Source: Balanoglossus misakiensis (lineage: Eukaryota > Animalia > Hemichordata). From it: a DNA stretch of 64,000 nt. A program made the position numbers and the translations under genes. A model generated the notes under the pieces. The model was not told the origin of the DNA and did not search any database. It saw nothing but the letters and a program-made list of their open reading frames with translations. The DNA lies in the NCBI GenBank assembly GCA_040954595.2, contig CM082579.2:11967834-12031833 (forward strand), in the 5' to 3' direction. Positions 54,801-64,000 of the stretch are shown here, one piece after another. How positions within the stretch are numbered: the first letter of the stretch is position 1; every line of letters starts with the position of its first letter.

Positions 54801-57800
54801 GGCAGTGAGAGAGAGACTTTGTCCCTTTAAAACCATTCATCCATCTCATTATAAATCAGTCAGTCCATTGAAATTTGCACCATGTAGCATAAGTAAAGGG
54901 TGCACTTATGACAATTTCAGATATGAATGATACAAACATGTTCAAACTCGTTTTGACTAATGCCCCTGAAAATATTTTATGTACGTTACATATTTTGTTC
55001 AGAGGATTTCTGTCATAATATTGAGTGATGTATGTACTGTACCTGCTATCGTCTTTGTAGATAAAGATATTGTGCCATCAAAGGGTGATCACAGCTCTAC
55101 AGAAGACCACAAATCCACAAACTTGAAAGCTTGGGAAGAATTCAAACAGAAACAAAACTATGGCCAGGATTTTATCGGCCGACTGCTGTTCTATGGTAGA
55201 AGCGGTACGCCACACGGTATCAGATACAGTTCTCATGAGGATGCAGAAAGACCTGAACTTTACTCGGAAGATGTCATTGCAAGTTACGCTGAATTTATTG
55301 AAGAAAACAGTTCCAGAAGTAAGCATTTTAAAGGCAATAGATCGTCTCACGCGCATGCGCGTAACTTCCCAGCAAATTTTCCATTCGATGCATTCAAATA
55401 GTGGACTGCCTTCGCTTCCTTCCATATTTCATGCGCACCGTATAAGTAGATTCTGGATTTGTCCCTCCTTTTCACCCAAGCTAGTGTCTTTTCCCGATCT
55501 CCGACACAGATTATGGTCGCCGCCATCTGCTCTGTTGTTAGGACAGAGCAATGCCTTATGGGATTGACTGTTCACTAAACGTCTGTAACCAGTGGCTACA
55601 GCTGGAACGTGCGTGTGAGACAAGCTAGGCGCTTTAAGAATGAATGCACTGTTACATAAATTAAGTTTTTGCATGAATAAGAAGTGTGTGATGTGTAAAT
55701 GATATTGTAATCTAGAAAAATGCAAACTACCATGTAAGATTGAAAAGGTAATCAACAAGGTAAGATGATAATTTGGCCAAAATTTATTATTTCTTTGGGT
55801 TGGACCTTCTTCCTCCAATTATTTGAACTTTTGCATTCATAATTTTTGGACAAAGAAACAGAAGTTGCAAGCATTTTAGTTGTAATATTCTACAAACTAG
55901 TTATTCTATTGCACATAATTTGAATTTATTGCAATGGATTGTTTTCTCTCTTGAATATTAATGAGAATCATTTTTATGAACATCCTATTATCTTCCTGGC
56001 CCCATTTTTCAATTTATAGAGTTTGTCTTATGTTGATTGGTATTGAAAATATGACAGTTATGAACCCAACATATGCTCATCAAAACCTGTCTTTTCAATA
56101 CTTTAAGTCTTTTCAGTAATTTCCAGGCTGTCATTTCATAAATTCAGTGGGGAGATCAAAATAATTGAGAGGGCCGGCAACCACACAGGAGGTCCACAGT
56201 TTCAACAATTTCCCCATATTCACATATTTTCACAGCAACAGAAGATGATGGTGACAAGATTACGTACACATCACTGGAAAACTTCTACAAAGAAACAGAA
56301 AAATATTGTATGGATCCTAAACAAAGAACACAAATTGCACCAGTCAAAATCCAACCCAAAATATCATCACCCGATGAGCAAGTTGCAGTCTATGTACCAA
56401 ACGAACTGACCCAAGATGTCAGAATAAGGTGAGTGGCCACCCGGCTTGAAGGCGTGTCTTGGTCATTGTATATTGGGAAGTTTTAATTGCTCCTGATGGT
56501 TTGTGTCAGGTCTGGATCTATATTCAAGTGTGCATCGGTTCATCCACAATTACCTGAGAAATCGTTCATAGTTTGATTAGCTCTGTCAACCACCAGCCAT
56601 AGTTTCTGCATGACAGTGCTCTTATAACATGTGGTTCTGTCAAAGAGACAGGAGAAGAAATTCTGTGTAGACAAGTTTCCAGATTAGAAATGGTTTGGTT
56701 TAGACAGGTTTTACTGTACTCATATATCTGCAACTAGACACCAGAGCTAACTGTTCATATGCTGATTATAATATAATGTTTGATAAAAATTGACAGTCTA
56801 TTTTTACATGTGATATCTGGATGAGACTTCTAAATCATACTTGTTCCAGGGTTTTATTGTACATTATTCCACTACCACGCTCTGGTTCCACATCCTGGAA
56901 TTACTAATTGGCGCAACTTAATGCAACAGCCAAAAATATTCTAAAGGCCGCCGCACACGAGATAACTTAGCTGAGCAAATTTCATTCGAAGAGTTGTGTG
57001 CAGCAAGTTTCTGTCGTCTGCGACGGTCGTGACTAATTTTTCTTGCAAGGATCAAAATATCAAAAATGTCGAATTTTGTGATCCACAGCACAAAAGTAAA
57101 AAAAACCTCACCTAAAATCGCCCACACACAAAAGGAAAATTGCTGAGCAAAATTCCTCAAATGACCAGCTAATTTCTCTCGTATGTGGCAGTCTTAAAAA
57201 GTGTTTTCTATTCGGGTGTGCTTTTTTCACATGTTCTAATTCATTTGTCAAAATTGTTTGTCCCGGTTGAGCGCCAAGGCCTTCTTTTTCAGAATATAAA
57301 ACCCAGTTTCAGCCAATCAGAAGGCTGGATTCAGACCAAGCATTTTATCATTTGCAACTGTCCATTGAACTGTTTTTGTGGAAAATGTCACAAATCTGTG
57401 GACTAATCACAAGGTGCCTATGTCTGAATGCTTACTCTACAGAACTGCAATAGAGGATGCCAGAAGAAATCCCAGTGTCAAGTTTGATACACTTGTCAAT
57501 TTGACAGAAATGGTAAAAGAAGACATGGAACGTGACAAAGAAAGAGTGAGTTTGATGATAAGATGTTTTATTGAGAATGAACGATCTTTAAATTTGGTAT
57601 GCCGGTTCCAAGGTTTGACCGTAGTTTTAGGGCAATTTTTGCTGTTTTTGTTATGCAATCTTCTATACAACTGCTTCTATCATAGCTGTGTCTGCCACTA
57701 TGTCACTCGTTTCACCAATGCGTTGTCAAAATTCAACAGAGTTTATCTCAGAATTGAGCACATGCAGTGACCATAAGATTTTACATAACCATAATTTGAA

Positions 57801-60800
57801 TTTAATTCTAGGTGTAAACCTTCATTTAAAGTAGAAGTTGGTTTGCAATTCTCAAAAATAATCCTATGGGAAGAGACAAATTTCACATGCTCGTAGTGCG
57901 TGTACATCCTTAAAGGGACAAAACTGTAACTTTCGGACATTATTTGGACATAATACTTGAAATGATTACAACAGTATTTCAACAGATAAAAAATTCACAA
58001 TTGACGTAGTTTTAAGCAATTATGACTATTTTTAAAGGGAAAAAGTCTCTCTCTATCTGCCAAATTTCTATTAATTATGTTTGATACAAGACACCATTTA
58101 TGTTGTTCTACATGTCGATATATAGTGAATCAACGTTCGACCACACACAACTTTCATCCCGTTTGTAGGATATGAGAGTAAAAATCTTGCCAAAATGAAT
58201 AAACGGTAGAGAACACTAACACTAAATGTAATTTTTCTGAATCTTTTTAGCTGTCTCCTAATCCTAAATTTGGATATCACCAACCAGCCATTGCAGTGAT
58301 TAAAAGACCCAGCACTGCTCCTGAAAGAATAAGAAGTACTCCTGTACCTCCAAATAGTGACCGTCCATCGTCAGCAAGGTGAGAATAATAAACATTGTTA
58401 TACTATTGATTGCAAGATCTACTTGCAATGATTGGTGTAGGAACATTATAAAAATATTTATTATAAATGTCTAACATCCGATATACACATATTCTGTATC
58501 ATTTTTCCTAGTATAAGAAATTTAACTTCACCACAACAGATTGGTGATTTTGACATCTTGTGAAATAGCTAACAAAGAATGTGATTTTTCATCATGAATA
58601 CAAAATGTATTGCCATCCTGTGTGCTGGCTCTAAAGAAACAGTTAGTCCACAAATTTAATGGGTAATGAAAAAATTATCACTGCACATTTACCAAGTTAC
58701 CAAGAACAACACTTGTCAAGACTAAAGTAACATATGATTTTGTATCTAACTGTGTTGTGATCATGCCACATTCTGGAAAATTGCACTGAATAGTCCAACT
58801 AGTTACAAGTATGAAATATGTATCTTGTTCCAAGAATGTTCACTGTTGGTAGAGCCAGCACTCACATTACAGAAAGAAAGATTCTAACTAATCAAATTGT
58901 TGACAGCCATTTAATTAAGAGGGCAAATTTTGTTATCAACACACGAAAAAGTTTCAGTGGAACATATAAATGAATTAATCACCTATAACTAACTACAAGA
59001 AAATTGTCATTCAATGTTTAGTTGGAACAGACAACACTACAGCTAACTGTCAACATTCCAGTTTAGATTGTTTTATGGCAAAATATGAGTACAAAATCTT
59101 TTCATTTTCCTATTGTACTTGTAGTCAACAAAGAGAGACTTATATCATCAGTGTGCCCTCTAACAAACATAATTTTTAAAAGCTTTGAGACAATTTGACA
59201 AATTGAAGATATCTAAATATTTCCCTGAGTCAGCCCTATACCTTTGCATGTAGTGTGGATAATATTCTTGAGTCACCAGTGAGTTTGTTGAGACAGTGGC
59301 ACATCATATGGGCTTAGAGGGCACACTGGATATCATATTGTGTTAGATATATTTACATGAAGTTAATATCCTACTCTATTTTCAGATGTTTTTGCCGCAG
59401 TGGTTTCAAATTCTCACCACACTCTGTTCACTTTTCTGTGCACTGTGACTCGCACGGTTGTTACCCTCTCACTAAGTATACACATGTGTATGTATTGACC
59501 ATGTCCTTGTTTTGATCATGTGTGTCTGCGAATTCAATGCATTGCCTTCACGCACCCATCACATTGGTTATTTGCAACAAAGTCACTTAATACACATGAA
59601 TTTCTTTCTTTTTTCATGCTAACCGTAAAGATCATGCTTTCGTAAGCGGGCTTACAGTGCTCACACGTAGTAAGTGCTGACCATGGATTTTCTTGTATTC
59701 TAAGTTGCTATACATGAATATTTTTAAAGTAGTATTTTGTTAGTTAATAGTCATCAGAGCGTTTACGAATAGTCTCATCTATAATGTTTCCCTTGAAGCT
59801 GTTTTATACCAGGTTCACACACTGGGTAAAACTGTATGGCGTTCACACTGGGACCATTGAAATGTTTCTGAAACGTCTCAGCTCAAATACTGGCATACAT
59901 TATTATGCGTGAATGGTTTAAGTGGTCATGGGATTTTTCAGATTTGACACTGTTATGCTGGCCAGATCTGAGCCGGTATATAGGATAAACAACTCCCTGC
60001 ACAGCATGTTGTCAATGGGGCAAAGTGCCAGGGTGTATGCGACTCAAAAAGGATTAATACCCTGTGTTTACAAATTTGTTTCTTAACTTACCTGAAGCCT
60101 TGACCAAAACCTAATCATACTTCCTAACCCTCACTTTCAGGCCCACAGATGTAAACCATGTATGAACTGAATTTGCTCCCGTGTTTTGAAACAAATAATT
60201 GCAGCTACTGTCAAGATGCTCTCCATAGACAAACATTATCAGAAAACTTTTAATATTTGATGAATTAATTAAATGCAAGGTAGCCCACCAACATCTAACC
60301 AGGATTGGTCATCTCAAATCAATACTTGTCCATAAAATTTTGTTCAAATCTAATGAGTTGTTCAAAGATATTTGTATAAATTAATTCCTGTATGTGAACA
60401 CTGGAGCTAAAATTGGGACCTCATCAGGCAGTATATTGCAGATTATGGAAATTATAAACTAATAGGCTTAGGTCACACAAAGATATATGTTCCCTCCATG
60501 ATTTTTGTTGACAACATGCATGCATATATAGTACTCTTGGGTTATATGTCATACATGTAGTTTGATATCACTGATAGTTGTTGCATGTTCTTGACAGTTT
60601 ATAAAGCTCCTGTAAATTCAACTTCAGGCTATTTTCTCAGTAATTTTTTTTGGGTATCAACCAAGGTTTCCTGTTCTTGTTTTTGAACACAGCCCTTTTG
60701 TAGTAATCAGCATTGTTATAACAGTGGCCATTACTACTACACATGCTGTGTTTAGAAGCCAAAAAATGAACATTTCATAAAGCTAGAACAAGAAACTGCA

Positions 60801-63800
60801 CATGATACATGGGAGAAAATTACTGAAAAAATAGCCAAATTAAAGGTTTTTGCTACCAGAAAAATGATCAATGTGCATCATTAAATGGTGACCATAGTAA
60901 TGCATGAAAAACTGATGTCTTGGTTAAGGTGAATTATGGGTAATTATATCTGCCCTATAGTTTAATTTGTAGCAATTCATAAATCATTTCTACATTGAAT
61001 TGCTATGGAAACTGCGACAGAAAGATTTTTTTAAATAAACTTAGAGTATTGCATAGTGTTGTATGTTCATGTTTGGGGAGTTAAAACCTGGTAGTTTCTT
61101 TACGATTTATTCTACGATATGATATTTTAGAGCTGTATATGGAATATGTGAAGTCATTAGTACAACAGTAGGTCCAAGGTATCAGATGAAGGACCCAAAT
61201 ACGACAGACTTGTAGGCTTTTGACAGTGGGTAAAATGCAGAAATAGTAGGCAGTGGCAAATTGTTGAAGAATATATGGGTGATATGGATAGTTTTGTGTC
61301 AGTATTTGTGAAAATTTTAGAGTCAGTGATTATTGATAACCTGTTTTTGTATTCAAATGTAACCCAGCTGAAAGCTGTGTGTTTTGATAGCATCTTTTTT
61401 ATTTAAAAAATTGCGAAAACGTACTTCCAAGAACAACAAGTGAACTTTGATATGAAAATAACAAGTCATACTGATATTTTATGGGTAACACAAATCTTCA
61501 TCATGAACATACAACATTTATCTTTGGGATGATGAAGGTCACTATTCTTACTTGTATACCCAATCTGACCGTAGAGGCATACATTTGTAATCTACCCAAA
61601 AAATAAGGGTCATGCAAATTGGTGAGAACCAAAAGAAGACAGTACTACCCAATAGTGTGTTTACATACGTTTGATTTTATGTATTATTTACGTTCTATCC
61701 TTTTTATGTCTATCAGTTTTACATTAGTGTATTATTCAAATCAATTTCTCCGCTTTTTTGCAAGAAATCTGAGTTTAAATTTAGTCGTTTATTTCTCTTG
61801 TTCTATTTTACAATTGTTTTCATCTTTCATGGCCCTGATTATCTTGTAAAAAATTTGTCGTTGTTTTCAAATTCTCAGTCGTAAAATTCTGTCAGGTTGC
61901 AAGTAGTGAATAATTGTAAATTCTGCTCCAATTTTCCATCAATATATTTTGTTGTTTTGTTGTTCTAGTTCTGCAAGTTCTGAAAGCAGCTCGAGAAATC
62001 AGAATGGTGATCCAGTAGTTTTACTTCCGGAGAAAACCGACTATACCATGCATCTGAGAAAAGATCCTAACAGCCAACGAGAGGGGAACCTCAATCATTA
62101 CATGAAATGTAGTGGCAATGTTCAGCCAGATACAACAAGATACAGGTATGCCCGCTAAGATGGAAATTAATGAAGAACAAAATACACTCATTCAGAAACT
62201 ATTAATATAATTATTTTATATCTTAGTTTCCATTAAGGGAACATACTTGCTGCCCCTTTTCCATTAATTACGTTAGATGCAAGACACCGTTTATGTTAAT
62301 GTACATGTGGATATATATAGGGAATCAACGTTCAACCACACACACCTTCCATCCCGTTGTAGATACTAGAGTGAAAAAACTCGCCAAAATGAATAATCGT
62401 TCTTTACCATTTATTCATTTTGGGCGAATTTTTACTCTCATATCATACAAGTGAGATGGAAGTTGTGTGTGGTTGAACGTTCATTCATTACATATACACA
62501 TCCACATGTAGAATAACATAAACAGTGTCTTGTATCAAACATAATTAATGGAAAAAGGGCAGCGAGAGAGAGACTTTATCCCTTTAAACTGCAAATTACC
62601 CAGCAGCAGCAACTGTATGTACTTTATAATTGTTGTTTTGGTAGAATCCTGTATTATGACCAAACTGCAAAATCCAAGATAAACAGATCTGTTTTGTTCA
62701 AAACCAGTAAGGTTGCTGGTTCTGCATGAGGTTTGGTGACTGCTGACAATTTCAGACATTAAGTGATTGATAGTAATTCCCAGCATTTTCATTTAGCAAT
62801 AATTATTAATATTAACAACTGATTCTTTTCTGTATTCTCAATCATATACCAGATGGACTGACGATGGTTTTGGCAATTACACCCACATCAAAGTATTAAG
62901 GTAACAGATCATTTATTGCCAATTACAAAATTATAATGCATACCATGTAAGTGTTTATTTGATACATTCAGTAATGGATCATAATTACAATTTACAAGGC
63001 TGCACAACTTTGTAGATTGTATAATTAATTGAATCATTAATAATGATTACACTTACTGTAAAGTGAGGGGCATGCAGTGTCATGAAATCATATTTGTGTC
63101 TGGGAATTTTAATTTAACCAAAGGGGTGGTCATTTCAGGAGTGTGACACTCATTTATTACTAGTATTTAAAAAATAAATCCTGTCTCCTAAACCAAAACT
63201 CAAGACACTCTGTCTGACATCCATGTCTCCAAACTGGTGCATCCCCTTTGTACTTTGACTGATTGCAGTTTCATTCCTTACAAATTCACTAGGATTTATC
63301 ATAATCAAACTTGTACACAAAGTCCAAATCAGTAAGTGTACTTCCTTTAACCAACTTTGGTTTGAAAGTAAAATCATGAAAGTAATGCAAAGACCTTGCA
63401 GCTCTTGGGGCTTTAAGTAAAGCAGTTTCATATTTCACACAGTAGTCTTGTGTGACTGTGTGAGTCATTTTAGATGCCTGTGCTGGGTGTCTGTGGTAGG
63501 ACTGAGTATCATTGTAGTCCTCGCCATGTCTACATCATTTGAGTAGTTCTCACTGGCGGCACTTCAGTTACTGTAAAACACTTTATTTTCGTGAGTTGAA
63601 ATTTTCGTGATAGCGAGAGAGGCCACTGTTTCGCGAGTATTAATCTTCGCGTTGTCTTATTTCATTCACTGCATGGTTATCTTCAAAATAATTGACGTGA
63701 CTTTTTATTTTCACGCTATTTTGGCTCTCACTTTTTCGCGAAAATTTATTGCTCGCGAAAATAAAGTGTTTTACAGTATACACTAAAGAGAGTGAGAAAT

Positions 63801-63987
63801 GGTAAAATTAGTAGAAACTCTTCAAATTGTATTTAAAAAATAATACAGTTATTTCTATTACTATTTTTCCAGACGACCTGAATCCGAATGTAAGACACCC
63901 CGTAATTTACGAACAGCTGGTTCTATATCTGGCGGCAGACGACCAGCTACATCTCCAACAAAACAAAAATGGACGGTTGTTGACAAG
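48853..63987 (+). CDS. Uncharacterised, largely low-complexity protein with repeated RPx(S/T)A motifs; 3'-incomplete
   Basis: Phase-consistent GT-AG exons 48853-48918, 50005-50171, 51074-51161, 51426-51743, 52311-52466, 53528-53798, 55061-55318, 56236-56428, 57443-57545, 58251-58378, 61969-62145, 62853-62900, 63873-63987; open throughout. Confidence 0.85.
53824..54027. mobile_element. Tc1/mariner-type MITE (TA TSD)
   Basis: TA|CTGTAAAACAGGTTATTTTTGCGA...TGCGAAAATAACCCGTTTTACAG|TA. Confidence 0.8.
54489..54826. mobile_element. Palindromic TTAA MITE, same family as 9031-9376
   Basis: TTAA|AGCGACAAAGTCTCTCTCT...GAGAGACTTTGTCCCT|TTAA. Confidence 0.85.
58036..58208. mobile_element. Half copy of the TTAA MITE family
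   Basis: TTAA|AGGGAAAAAGTCTCTCTCT...tatgtttgatacaagacac...aaaatgaataaacggta; only one arm present. Confidence 0.75.
62237..62583. mobile_element. Palindromic TTAA MITE, same family as 9031-9376
   Basis: gctgccccttttccattaatt...aattaatggaaaaagggcagcgagagagagactttatccct|TTAA. Confidence 0.8.
63571..63776. mobile_element. Tc1/mariner-type MITE (TA TSD), related to 53824
   Basis: TA|CTGTAAAACACTTTATTTTCG...CGAAAATAAAGTGTTTTACAG|TA. Confidence 0.82.
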
Positions 63988-64000
63988 GTGCTGATACCAC

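Overview
AT-rich, intron-rich eukaryotic DNA from an invertebrate animal. Gene and repeat style suggests a hemichordate/echinoderm-type genome, but that is inference only. Splice-phase-consistent exon chains built by hand give six gene units: (1) the 5' end of a secreted/membrane protein gene at the left edge (-); (2) a complete 14-exon, ~648-aa FGFR/RET-like receptor tyrosine kinase with a single V-type Ig domain (9891-20223, -); (3) a two-Ig-domain gene ending in a hydrophobic, GPI-signal-like terminal exon directly upstream (21931-27409, -); (4) a short leader+IgV gene (41675-44773, +); (5) an internally deleted RTK pseudogene (46218-47185, -); (6) a multi-exon uncharacterised protein rich in RPx(S/T)A motifs (48853 to beyond 64000, +). 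The most striking non-coding structure is a 7.5-kb nested foldback DNA transposon (28893-36394). It has ~1.4-1.9-kb inverted arms with internal ~75-bp tandem repeats, TAC...GTA ends and 7-bp TSDs, carries a second copy inserted in its own right arm, and sits in the 3' tail of an L2 LINE next to a Penelope-like fragment. Many MITEs, a Helentron/DINE-like element carrying a 238-bp satellite, a ~1.23-kb triplication and microsatellites fill the rest. All models were read by eye; no database search was run.
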